A DNA stretch of 64,000 nt, taken from assembly GCF_020745735.1 (NCBI RefSeq), contig NC_083416.1, positions 66,737,131-66,801,130 of the forward strand. Reading direction: 5' to 3'. Positions within the stretch are counted from its first letter, which is position 1, and the number at the start of each line of letters is the position of its first letter. This DNA is from Hemiscyllium ocellatum. Its lineage: Eukaryota. The notes under the pieces are model-generated. The model did not search any database. It was given only the letters and a program-made list of their open reading frames with translations, and was not told the DNA's origin. Both the position numbers and the translations under genes were made by a program. Below are positions 1-12,282 of this stretch, piece after piece.

Positions 1-27
1 AAAAAATACCAGTAAATGCAAAAGTCC

Positions 28-676
28 ATTAGAATCCTAGAATTCATTGTCTTCCTCAGTTGCACCACTGAATAATTCATTCCAGTCGTCTGGGTCAAGT
101 GTATGGATCATCTTCATCTGCACTCTCAAGGGATTCATCAATTGATTTGTCACCACTTCCATGTGACCATAAAAACTTGTCCTCCATACCATCTAAAGCA
201 TTTGAAATTCCAAATTTTTGAAGGCTTTCACAGTAATTTCAATTTTCATTTCCCATCGGGACTCAACAATCCACTGACAAAGAGTTGCAAGTAATGGAGC
301 ATGCATGTTGCCACCCAAGTGTCGTATTTCTTTTGTACTAAGTCCTTAAAAGGTTTATTGATGCTAACATCCAGTGACTGCACCATGCTCGTAAGGCCTT
401 CAGGCATCATTGCAATGTCAGTATCATTGGCTCGAAGTTCACTGAGAACACCTTTCACAGTGTGATCGTAATATATCCCGAGCCAGTAAGCTTTTTGACC
501 TTGCTAAGTCCATCTGGTCACGTATTCCGGACCTCCTGAATCCAATTCTTGCAGCCACCTTCATCCATCCATCCCTTTTCATCGACGAGGACAACAATAC
601 CTTTCTGAAATTTCTCTTTGGGCAGAATTTTCCACTTAAAAATCACCATCAGCTTTAACTTTGTTCCAGCTGTCAT
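28..676 (-). mobile_element. pogo/Tigger-like (TcMar) DDE transposase remnant, C-terminal half
   Basis: Minus-strand peptides KLKLMVIFK..LPKEKFQKGIVVLVDEKGWMD and MPEGLTSMVQSLDVSINKPFKD match the DDE_1/pogo catalytic core; acidic tail near 30-90; frameshifted. Confidence 0.8.
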
Positions 677-679
677 AGA

Positions 680-2590
680 ACACAAGTGTGTGGAGGACTG
701 CATTCCGAGGAAGTCAATCCAGGTGTTCCACAACAGGAAACCCTGGATGAATCAGGACACACAGAACCTGTTAAAGACCAGGCATGAGGCCTTCAGATCT
801 GGAGACCCACTCAAAAACAAGGAATCTAAATATGACCTTGGCAAAACCATTAAGACACCCAAGGACCAATACCGATCCAAACTGGAGACCTCGACAAATA
901 TCCAGCAAATATGGCAAGGACTGAATGACATCACAGGTTCTAAAAAGAGACATTGCAAGATAGCAGATGATGGCATACCCCTCCCAGATCATTTCAATGC
1001 CTTCTATGCTTGCTTCGAGCAGAATTTTGACGGAGAGGTAACACCTGTACTGAGAAGTCCTGACAAACCTATCCCAACAGTCACTGCATCAGAGGTCAGA
1101 TCAGTTTTCCTTCATGTGAATTCAAGGAAAGGGATGGAACCAGACTGAGTACCAGGCCATGCAGAGCATGTGCAAATCAATTGGCAGAGGTCTTCTCAGA
1201 CATTTTCAACCTCTCCCTGTAGCAGGCCAATGTCCCTACCTATTTGAAGAGGGCCTACATCATCCTTGTGCCTAAGAAGGCTCATGCAGCCATGTCTCAG
1301 TGACTACTGCCCAGTGGTCCTAACTTCGGTGGTCATGAGGTGTTTTGAAAGGCTGGTCATAGCATTAATCAACTCCAGCCTCCCCACTACTGTTGACCCA
1401 CTCCAATTTGTCTATCGAAACAACAGATCCATGTCCTTTGCCATATCACTTGACCTTCACTCCTCCCTAGAGCATCTTGACACCAACATAAGAATCAAAG
1501 TCATTGACTATAGTTCAGCCTTCAATATTATCCCCCCCTCGAGACTGATTACTAAACGTAGTGATCTCAGACTAAGCCCCACTCTCTGCAACTGGATCCT
1601 CAGTTTCCTGACCCTCAGGCCACAATCAGTGAAGACTGGGGACAATATTTCATCCTGACTAACACTCAACACTGGAGCCCCCCAGGATTGCATACTCAGT
1701 CCATACTGTACTCACTGTATATCCATGACTGCATTGCCAAATACCTGATGAATGCCCATTTACAAGTTCATTGATGACACCATCATAGTCGGTTGAATCT
1801 CAGATGGCAACAAAACAGACTTCAGACAGAAGGTGGAAGACCTGGAAAAATGGTGCACTGAGAACAATCTAGCATTCAATGCCGGCCAAACCAAGGAACT
1901 CATTATTGACTTTCAGCCGGATGTTACTCATGCCCTCTACACATTAACAGCACAGAGGTGGAATGGGTGGAGAGTGTCAAGCTCCTGTGAGTGGTCATCC
2001 ACAACAAGCTTTCCTGGACTCTTCATGTAGATGCACTGGTTACAAAAGCCCAACAACGACTCTTCTTCCTCAGACAGCTGAGGAAATTTGGCATGATGGC
2101 AAATACGCTTGCCAATGTTTATAGGTACACCATGGAGAGCATTTTGTCTGGACGTATCACTACCTGGTAAGGCAACTTTACCATTCAAGATTAGAGACGG
2201 TTACAGAGAGTGGTGAACTCCGCCTAGGCAATCACAAAGGCCAACCTCCCATTGAGTGAATCCATCTACCAAGATGATTGTCAAGGAATGCTGCCAGCAT
2301 TCTAAAAGATCCATCCCATCCTGGCAATATGTTCTTACAACCTCTACCATTGAGGAGAAGGTACAGCAGCCTGAACACATGAACCAGCTGTTAGAATACT
2401 AAATGGACTCATAAACTTAATCTTCGCCTATACCTGTGTTTTTGTTTTTGTCGCTTCACTTATTATTTACTTAACTATGCGGCTTAACTATGCCATCTGC
2501 CTGTATTGCATGCAAGAAAAAGTTTTTCACTGTGCCTCAGTACATGTGACAATAAGTTCAATTCAATTCAAAATTCAAATTCAAATCCAA
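680..2590 (+). mobile_element. Rex1/Babar-clade LINE, 5'-truncated, decayed RT
   Basis: KCVEDCIPRKSIQVFHNRKPWMN, DYCPVVLTSVVMRCFERLV, DYSSAFNII, GAPQ(D)C motif, KTKELIIDF-like, KAQQRLFFLRQL; 3' end TGTGACAATAA followed by (ATTCA)n tail. Confidence 0.88.
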
Positions 2591-3200
2591 ATTCTTTACA
2601 TTCATCCAATGATTAAACTTGCAACAAGAACAGTTTCAGTGAACTCAAAACTCTGAGAGATCACTGGCTATGGTAAACAGGGTAAAAACATTCTAAACAT
2701 TTATGGCAATGCAGCAATTTTGTTACGTTAGGCATTTATTTCATTTTATTCAGCTGAGACAGGAAATAAAAGTGCGAGCTATGTTAACTGACTCATCGGT
2801 TGTCTTTTATCATGTTGTTTTAGTTGGTAATTAGTCAAGATCATAACATTAGAGGGCAGTGGTGACCTTGCCAAACACTGGCTGGGTTCTATCTATCCAT
2901 AAGTTGATTTAGAATTGCCTTGTTGCAAAGGCCTACAATGGACTGGCCTAAAGTTAATTGAGGTAGTTGTCCTCAGTCTTTGGCTGATACACACACAAAA
3001 CCCTCAAAATTTGGTCTGAGACCTTCATTTTGCGGCATGTCAATGACAAAATACTGAACTTAAAACACTTTTCAAATAATATTTCAATGAATAAAAGCAA
3101 GTGGAACCACCAAACTACATTTGAAAACTATCGAATTGAAGAAAATGTTGGAAAATGCAATGGGAAAATTCCCGGCATTAAGCATTCCCCAACTGTCTTT

Positions 3201-4657
3201 CTGGATTAGTGGTGCTGGAAGAGCACATCAGTTCAGGCAGCATCCGAGGAGCAGCAAAATCGACGTTTCGGGCAAAAGCCCTTCATCAGGAATAAAGGCA
3301 GAGAGTCTGAAGCGTGGAGAGATAAGCTGGAGGAGGGTGGGGGTGGGGAGAAAGTAGCATGGAGTACAATAGGTGAGTGGGGGAGGGGATGAAGGTGATG
3401 GGTAAGGGAGGAGGCTGGAGTGGATAGGTGGAAAAGAAGATAGGCAGGTAGGATAAAACATGGGGACAGTGCTAAGCTGGAAGTTTGGAACTAGGGTGAG
3501 GTGGGGGAAGGGGAAATGAGGAAACTGTTGAAGTCCACATTGATGCCCTGGGGTTGAAGTGTTCCGAGGCGGAAGATGAGGAGTTCTCCCTCCAGGCGTC
3601 GGGTGGTGAGGGACCGGCGGTGAAGGAGGCCCAGGACCTCCATGTCCTCGGCAGAGTGGGAGGGGGAGTTGAAATGTTGGCTCACGGGGCGGTGTGGTTG
3701 ATTGGTGCGCTTTTTGCTCAGATGTTCCCTAAAGCGCTCTGCTAGGAGGCGCTCAGTCTCCCCACTGTAGAGGAGATCGCATCAGGAGCAACAGATACAA
3801 TAAACGACATTAGTGGATGTGCAGGTAAACCTTTGATGGATGTGGAAGGCTCCTTTAGGGCCTTGGATGAGGTGAGGGAGGAGGTGTGGGCACAGGTTTT
3901 GCAGTTCCTGCGGTGGCAAGGGAAGGTTCCAGGATGGGAGGGTGGGTCGTAGGGGGGCATGGACCTGACCAGGTAGTCATGGAGGGAACGGTCTTTGCGG
4001 AAGGCGGAAAGGGGTGGGGAGGGAAATATATCCCTGGTGGTGGGGTTTTTTTGGAGGTGGCAGAAATGTTGGCGGATGATTTGGTTTATGTGAAGGTTGG
4101 TAGGGTGGAAGATGAGCATCGGGGGGGTTCTGTCCTTGTAGCGGTTGAAGGGCTGGGGTCTGAGGGCGGAAGTGCGGGATGTGGATGAGATGCGTTGGAG
4201 GGCATCTTTAACCACGTGGGAAGGGAAATTGCGGTCTCTAAAGAAGGAGACCATCTGGTGTGTTCTGTGGTGGAACAGGTCCTCCTGGGAGCAGATACAG
4301 CGGAGGCAGAGGAGTTGGGAATATGGGATGGCATTTTTGCAAGAGGTAGGGTGGGAAGAGGTGTAATCCAGGTAGCTGTGGGAGTCAGTGGGTTTGTAAA
4401 AAATGTCAGTGTCAAGTCGGTTGTCATTAATGAAGATGGAGAGGTCCAGGAATGGGAGGGAGGTGTCAGAGATGGTCCAGGTAAATTTAAGGTCAGGGTG
4501 GAATGTGTTGGTGAAGTTGATGAATTGCTCAACCTCCTCGTGGGAGCATGAGGTGGCGCCAAAGCAGATTTTGCTGCTCCTTGGATGCTGCCTGAACTGC
4601 TGTGCTCTTCCAGCAGCACTAATCTGGTTTCCAGCATCTACAGTCATTGTTTTTACC
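3201..4657 (-). mobile_element. Penelope-like element (family 1): RT C-terminus and GIY-YIG, with inverted pLTR copy at the 5' end
   Basis: ORF 3742..4647 (FHPDLKFTWTISDTSLPFLDL, YKPTDSHSYLDYTSSHP, CHRRNCKTC); tail at 3201-3260 repeated inverted at 4567-4625. Confidence 0.92.
3257..3294 (-). ncRNA. Minimal type I hammerhead ribozyme motif (PLE family 1), intact core
   Basis: Minus strand reads UAUUC-CUGAUGA-A-GGGC-UUUU-GCCC-GAAA-CGUC-GAUU: both catalytic boxes, stem II, palindromic ACGU helix III, GUC triplet; stem I short. Confidence 0.75.
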
Positions 4658-4811
4658 CATTCCCCAACTGTGTAGATTCCTTTGCTCAGTCCAGAGAAGA
4701 ACCAGAAAAATAGAAAAATAGTTTATACAAATTCCTTACAATTGTGTTATGTGTTTATTTAAATAGTTACATATTAAACCTGTGGCCTTAGTGAGGCAAT
4801 GAAATAAGTGC

Positions 4812-5100
4812 TCATTCTTGGTGAAGGGCTTATGCCCAAAACGTCAATTCTTTACCTCCTCGGATGCTGCCTGACCTACTGTGCTTTTTCCAGCACCACA
4901 CGTTTCGACAATGAAATGGGTGTGATCGGTCCAGCACAAAAGATGCAGAGGTGTGCAGAATTATGACCTGGTAGAAATGTAGCAAAAAGTGAGGACAGCA
5001 AATGCTGGAGATTAGAGTCAAGAGTGTGGTGCTGGGAAAGCACAGCAGGTCAGGCAGCATCTGAGGAACAGGAGAGTTGACATTTCGGGCAAAAGCCCTT
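4812..5100. mobile_element. Two PLE family-1 pLTR fragments in opposite orientation with decayed hammerhead motifs
   Basis: 4812-4900 (+) and 4985-5100 (-) resemble 3201-3294. Confidence 0.75.
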
Positions 5101-6404
5101 GTTCCCAGTTTGACAATTCTATAAAGCAATTACTCTCCTGATCTACAGCATTGTGAAATCTAGCCTACTGTGTTAACTTGTACATGCATTGAATAGTTTA
5201 CAATATATTTGGGACCAGGATTGCTGGGGCAGGGCGTAAGACAAGAAAACTTTCCTAGAATATCAAGGGCTATGGGATACAGACAGAAAAATAGATTTGG
5301 GATCACAACTAAATCAACCATGATTTTACTGAGTAGTGAAGCAAGCTCATAAAACAAAGGACCTACTCTGTGCCCAAAGACTATGTTCCTATAATGTGAA
5401 GTGTTTATAATTCTACTCGTCTAATTCAAAAGTGTGTCATACCGGATCCTTCATCCTATGCAAAGTTCAAATATTTCTTTGTGCCATTTAAGAGTCTTTG
5501 AACATCAGAAAGTCCACTTTGTTAGTTTGGTATCATGAAGGGTTGTTGATATATTATTTTGTACAATCACTGCTAGATTGTCCTCTTTTCTAAATTGCTC
5601 TAGTCCACATATCATTTCTGAAGCAAAAAAGCATGAAAACCTCTACAGATGCTGTTTACTTTTGACCCCTAATAAATGTCTGACAATGACTTCTTTATTG
5701 TTGACTTTCCATCATAGATATTTATTAATAAGACACCAATAAAAGGTTACCTTTAAGTACACCATTGTTTTAAGGTCATTGAAACACTTTCTGTTATTAG
5801 AATTGATTGCAATATTATTAAAAGACCATTCAGTCAAAGTTTCTGTGGTCTGAAATATGGCTTTTATTATGGTGTAAACTTATTTTTCAGTATGATTTCC
5901 TTAATTTACTGCTAGTGTAAAATAACTGCTTATGTGTTCATGAAGCAGTGCACTGGCGTTATTTCCAAGTTTATTGTTGTACCAAAAATGCTTTTGTTTA
6001 TGTTCCAGAAATCATATATACAAAAGTATCTGCACATTGACATTAAATTTAATGATTCAGGATTTCTTTAGCTTGCCAAAACATCCATGGTGAGGCACTT
6101 AGCTTTTTGACAAATTGACAGGCATGCCCTTGGCTATCTCTGTCCCTGAAAGCAAGCCAATGATACATCTTGTTGCTGAAGCCATGTTTCTTTGTGTCAT
6201 GTAACTCCCCTGGATATTTTACAAATACTTTCCACCAATTGCTGCAGAATTTGGGTGACAGCAAGTGAATAAGAATAAGACACACACATTAGACAGAATT
6301 TTTCAGGTGATGGACTTTCCCAGACTGCCGCACAATGAGCCAATGAGAAGAAATGCACTTGGCTGATCCCAGCAACTTAATGTTCCAAGCTGAGGGAACT
6401 AATG

Positions 6405-6750
6405 GTCTTGTGGTCTTATCACTGGACTGTTGATCCACTAACCCAGCTAATGTTCTGGGTACCTGATTTAAATTCTGCCATAACAGATAGTGTAATTTGA
6501 ATTCAATAAAATCGGGGATTATGAACCTAATGATGACCATGAAGCCATTGTTGATGTTAAGAAAATCCATCTGGTTTGTTAAAGTCCTTTAGGGAAGAAA
6601 ATCTGCCATCCTTACTTGGTCTGGCCTATATGTGACTTCAGACTCATAGCAATATGGTTGACTCTCAACTGCCCTCTTGGCAATTCGAGATGGGCAATAA
6701 ATTCTGGCCTTGCCAGTGATGCTCACATCCCATGAATGAATAAGAAAATA
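6405..6750 (+). mobile_element. tRNA-derived SINE (second family, with LINE-derived tail ...GGGCAATAAATGCTGGCC...CCCATGAATGAAT)
   Basis: Similar to 9810-10610, 27190-27522 and 36500-36815. Confidence 0.75.
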
Positions 6751-6919
6751 ATCACTCATTAGCTGAAGGCAGAGGTTCTGCCCTTAATCCAGGGTGAGAG
6801 CTCATCTTGTTGGCCAAACTGATTGGGTGGAAACTGGCAGCCCAAGCAGCACCACTGGCAGCAGTAGCCCGCACTTGCACTATAGTAGCCCAGACAATCA
6901 TGGCTGTCAAAGGAACTCC

Positions 6920-8904
6920 GGAAACGTATCACAAAAAAAGAGAGAGTCTATAAAGTCACTGGGAAGAGCACTAGGAAATCAGAAGACTGGGAAGACTACA
7001 AAAACAAACAGAGGATAACAAAGAGAGAAAAAAAGGAGAGGATCAAATATGAAGGTAAGCTAGCCAGTAAAATTAGAAATGATCATAAAAGTTTCTTTCA
7101 ATACATAATAAACAAACGAGATGCAAAAGTAAAGATTGGGCCATTCCAAATTGATGCAGGTAGGCTCGTGATGGGAGATAAGGAAATAGCTGAAGAACTT
7201 AAATACTTTGTGCCAGGCTTCACAGTGGAAGACAGGAGTAACATCCCAACAATTATGGAGAGTCAAGGGGCAGAGTTGAGTATGGTAGCCATGACAAAAA
7301 AGAAAGTACTTGATAAGCTAAAAGGTCTAAAATCCGATAAATCTCCTGGCCCAGGTGGGCTACATCCTAGAGTTCTGAGGGAGGTGGCTGAAGGAATAGT
7401 GAAGACGTTGGTTGTAATCTTTCAAAAATCACTGGAGTCAGGGAAAGTCCCAGATGATTGGAAAATTGCTGTTGTAGCACCCTTGTTCAAGAAAGGATCA
7501 AGACAAAAGATTGAAAGTTATAGGCCAATTAGCCTAACCTCAGCTGTAGGTAAAATTCTAGAATTCATCATTAAGGATGACATTTCTAAATTCTTGGAAG
7601 TGCAGGGTCAAATAAGAACAAGTCAGCATGGAGTTAGAAAAGGGAGGTCGTGCATGTTAGAATTCTTTTAAGATGTAACAAGTAGGTTAGACCAGGGAAA
7701 CCGTATGGATGTTATCTACCTAGACTTCCAAAACGCCTTTGATAATGTGCCTCACAGGAGGCTGCTGAGTAAGGCAAGGGCCCATGGTGTTCAAGGTGAG
7801 CTACTGGCATGGATCAGGGATTGGATCTCTGACAGAAGGCAGAGAGTTGGGATGAAAAGTTCTTTTTTGGAATAGCAGCTAGTGACAAGACGTGTCCTGC
7901 AGGGTTCAGTGTTGGGGTTGCAGCTGTTCACTTTATATATAAATGATCTGGATGAAGAGACTGGGGGCATTCTGGTACAGTTTGCCGATGATACGAAGTT
8001 AGGTGAACAGGCAGGTAGCCCTGAAGAGGTGGGGAGGCTACAGAAAGATTTAGACGGTTTAAGAGAATGGTCCAGGAAATGGCTGATGAAATTCAATGTG
8101 AGCAAATATGAGGTCTTGCACTTTGGAAAAAAGAACACATGCATGGATTATTTTATAAACGGTGAGAAAATTCATACCGCGAATGTACAAAGAGTGCTAG
8201 TATAGGATTCTCTAAAGGTTGACTTGCAGGTTGAATCCATGGTTAAATAGGAAAATGTAATGTTGTCATTTATCTCAAGAGGGTTGAACTATAAAAGCAG
8301 CAATGTGCTACTGAGATTTTATAAAGCTCTAGTTTGGCCCCATTTAGAATACCATGTCCAATTTTGGGCCCCACACCTCAGGAAGGACATACTGGCACTG
8401 GCACATGTTGAGCAGAGATTCATATGGATGATCCCTGGAATGGTAGGCCTAACATATGATGAATAGCTGAGTTTCCTGGGATTGTATTCATTACAGTTTA
8501 GAAGGTTGAGGGGAGATCTAATAGAAACTTACAAGATAATGCATGGCTTAGAAAGGATGGATGCAGGAAAATTGTTTCCGTCAGGCAGGATACTAGGATT
8601 CGTGGGCACAGCCTTCGAATTAGAGGGGGTCAATTTAGAACAGAAATGAGGAGATATTTATTCAGCCAGAGAGTGGTGGGCTTGTGGAATTCATTGCCAC
8701 TGAGCACAGTGGAGGCTGGGAAGTTAAATGCCTTCAAGGCGGAGATTGATAACTTCTTAATCTCGCAAGGAATTAAGGGATATGGGGAGAGTGCAGACAA
8801 GTGGCACTGAAATGCCCATCAGCCATGATTGAATGGTGGGGTGGATTCAATGGGTAGAATGGCCTTACTTCCACTCCTATTTCTTATGGTCATATGGTCT
8901 TATG
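6920..8904 (+). mobile_element. CR1-clade LINE (HER1-like), 5'-truncated
   Basis: KSPGPGGLHPRVL, YRPISLTS, QGSVLG, FADDTKLG, PHLEY..QFWAP; (CTTATGGT)n-like tail. Confidence 0.93.
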
Positions 8905-9821
8905 AAATGCTGGCTTCCTCCCGAACCTTAGGGGCCTCAATGGGTCTAAGCGTGGATTGGCTGCTCCAGTAATCACCAGCCTCTGATCAAATCACAGGCT
9001 TGGATGGACAGGAGAGAAAGACCACCTGAGAAATTTTATGGGCTCCTCCAACTGTAAATTGGCCTGTAAAATTCTATCCACTATTGTAAACCTAGTTTTT
9101 TTTTTACCTGTTAACCTCTTTAAATCGCATGGTTCCCTTGACTGCCATAGAAGTTTATTGATACCTATAAGACATCATCCAGGGGATGATTTAACAGAAG
9201 CCCACATCAGAAAAGTGCTTCTGCCACAAAACTATAACCGAGGACTCAGTTTCTATTGGGTCCTAATTCCTGGACTTGATATAAGTAAAATAGTGCTTAG
9301 CCTATTCACTTGATATTTCTTTGTCTACCATTTTAATTTCCACTAAAGAAACATAGATTTATGATAACATTAGCATTTTGTCTCAATTCAAAGTCCAAGA
9401 TGTAACTTAGAAAGTTTTATATGAGCCTTGAATTAAAGTGAAATATCATATTATAAAACTCTTGGTTTGATCTGTAATATCAGAAGTGATATATAAATAA
9501 GACACAGTCAACATCATCACAGGAAGTGAGTTAGTGTCACATCATCAATGATTATGCTTTCTTCCAATCTTATGGCAAGTTGAGGTCCCTGATAGATGTT
9601 GTTACTGGTAGGTATGATTAGAAATAAAAGTTAACGTTTCCAACCATAACTCAAAAAACTCTTGGTTACACAACAAGAGTAAGATATAGCAACCAGTGAG
9701 AGAATAAGAACATATTAAAATAGTTGTTCTGGCTATGTGAGGGAGATAACACAAAATTTGTAGACAATGACAGTTGTGAAGGAGATGCAGTCAGGTACAG
9801 TCAATGGACTTGTGGTATTAT

Positions 9822-10012
9822 CATAGAACATAGAACATCGAAAAATACAGCGCAGTACAAGCCCTTCGGCCCTCGATGTTGCGCCAATCCAAGCCCACCT
9901 AACCTACACTAGCCCACTATCCTCCATATGCCTATCCAATGCCCGTTTAAATGCCCATAAAGAGGAAGAGTCCACCACTGTTACTGGCAGGACATTCCAT
10001 GAACTCACGACT
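9822..10012 (-). mobile_element. CR1 3'-end fragment
   Basis: (CATAGAA)n tail, CCCTTCGGCCC hairpin motif, C-terminal CR1 coding remnant. Confidence 0.75.
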
Positions 10013-10216
10013 CACTAGACTGTTAATCCAGACAGCTAGGTAATATCCTGGGTACCTGGGTTTAAATCACCATATTGGCAGATAAAGGAATTTGAATTCA
10101 ATAAAAAAAAACTGGGATTCTGAGTCTAATGCTGATTATAAAATTATTGCCAATTATCAGAAATGTCCTTCAGGGAAGGAAATCTGTCATGCTTTCCTGG
10201 TCCAGCCTTCATTCAT

Positions 10217-10512
10217 AGGATCCCTTCAGTGTGGAAACAGGCCACTTGGCCCAACTAGTTCACACTAACCCTCTGAAGAATATTCAACTCAGATCCATTC
10301 CCCTATCTCACTACTCTATATTTACTCCTGACTAATCCACATAACCTACACTATGAGCAATTTAGCATGGCCAATTATTTGGACTGTGGGAGGAAACCCA
10401 TGCAGGTATGGGATGAATGTGAAAACTTTGCACAGACAGTCACCCAAGGGTGGAATTGAACCCAGGTCCCTGGCACTATGAGGCAGTAGTACTAACTACT
10501 GAGCCACCATGC
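10217..10512 (-). mobile_element. HE1-type V-SINE (diverged)
   Basis: tRNA-like head and V-domain like 29707-30004; flanked by CATTCAT direct repeat (TSD). Confidence 0.85.
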
Positions 10513-10748
10513 CATTCATGTAACTCCAGATCACAGTAATATAGTTGAATGTCAACTGGAAACTACTAGCCTGGCTAGTGAGGGTCACATCTCCCCTGAA
10601 TGAATAATAAATGTGTTTCCTGAGGAAGTCATTATGCATTGTCAAGAAAATTCATCTGAAATTCACAGTGAATTCTTAAGTGCATCGGAACTATTGAAGT
10701 CTGTTGGATACTCCAAGACTGTTATCATAGTCAACTATTAATCGTCAA

Positions 10749-10963
10749 GATGTGGGGGTGTCGGTGTGGTATTGGGGTGAACAAACTTAAAAATCACACA
10801 ACAGCAGGTTATAGTCCAACAGGTTTATTTGGAAGCACTAGCTTTTGGAGCACTGATCCTTCGTCAGGTGGTTGTGCCAACCTGCTGAAGGAGCAGTGCT
10901 CCGAAAGCTAGCATTTCCAAATTAACTTGTTGGACTATAACCTGGTGTTGTGTGATTTTTAAC
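10749..10963. mobile_element. Palindromic PLE family-2 pLTR element with two decayed hammerhead motifs
   Basis: Arms of about 80 bp around a centre near 10874; same sequence family as 18560-18691 and 31153-31423. Confidence 0.8.
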
Positions 10964-11232
10964 CATCACCAGGGAGACATGCTTCAAAAGAAGCTTAAAC
11001 TAAGAAATAAGGAGCTGATGTTCATGAGCCATTTACTTGGATAGTAAAGATGGTTACTAGCATGTTTACACTTTTAATAGGAAGTAACTGGTTTTATATA
11101 TGTGCTGCTTAAAGATGTCAGTCTCTGGATCAAAGAAAACTATTAGTATATCTGGACAGTAATCTCAAAATATTCAGTTCCTAATAGGCTTGACTTCATC
11201 AACATTATATCAATAAACATGGTTCGGTTAAG

Positions 11233-11300
11233 CAGAGGGTTAGTGTGAACTAGTTGGGCCAAGTGGCCTGTTTCCACACTGAAGGGATCCTATGAATGAA
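11233..11300 (+). repeat. Perfect 68-bp inverted duplicate of 10208-10275
   Basis: Exact reverse complement, including flank and private substitutions. Confidence 0.95.
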
Positions 11301-12282
11301 AAGGACATGAAGGGAACAAAACTTTTCGAACCCTGCATTGTCAGGAAAGTCCAACTAAAACGCAGTGGATTGGACTTCTGACCACCTGCATCTCTCAGCA
11401 AAGACATTATCTCAACTTACAGAGATGGTGTCATTAGCACTTAAAGAGTAGGTGCACTGAAAAGGCACATCAGCAATAAGCACCCCAATAGAAGGTTGGA
11501 CTGGTTTCATATTGTTACAAGAAGTGGAAGTGTGAGAAAGGCTTCACCATAAAGCTCTTCAAAGGAGCTACTGAGTCATCTCCTGAAGCTACTGAATCCG
11601 ATTTTGGGATTGATTATTTATTCCTTCAGTAACTTTGAGGTCTTTACTTAGTCAATAATAAACCTTCTCAACAGATCAAGGCTCTTTTTTAGCGAGTACA
11701 CCGAGGATATTTTTCTGGGGAAGCCTGTGAACCTCATAAGGCACAATTGGCACCTCATTCCATGTATAACATGCATAATGCTTTGAGAATGAGTGTCTAT
11801 TTATGGGATCTGTCTTTTCTCCTGTGAACACACAAAAAAAATCATAAAATCACACAATTGTCACAGTGCAGAAGGAAACCATTTGGCCCATCTAATGAAT
11901 ACTGTCTTACTGAATAAGCAGTTGCACCTAGTGTGTTTATCTTCCCTTCTTCCTATAATCACTGCACATTCTTAATTTTAAGATTTTAATTTCCTTTTGA
12001 CTGTAACAGATTTAATATCTCTGTTAAAACAGCAAATAATAGAAACTTACAGAAGCAAAAGAAAATTCTGTTGCCAAAACAAACCTTTGCATTTTTAATT
12101 ACCAGATACCTCAATTAAAATAGCTGTCAGTGGAATGTCAGTCCAACTTTAGATCTTTCTCAGCTAATGAAAAGTATAGCAATTTGTAGGGGCAAGTAAC
12201 CAAGGCTCAGCTATATTCTCTGGGCACTTTTGAGATTGACTTGCACATATCAGCTGTTCTCAGTCTTTCAAGACTACAGTCA

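Larger units (their letters stand above)
9810..10610 (+). mobile_element. Second-family SINE interrupted by a CR1 3' fragment and an HE1 SINE
   Basis: SINE pieces at 9810-9822, 10012-10216 and 10513-10610 join into one element. Confidence 0.7.
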
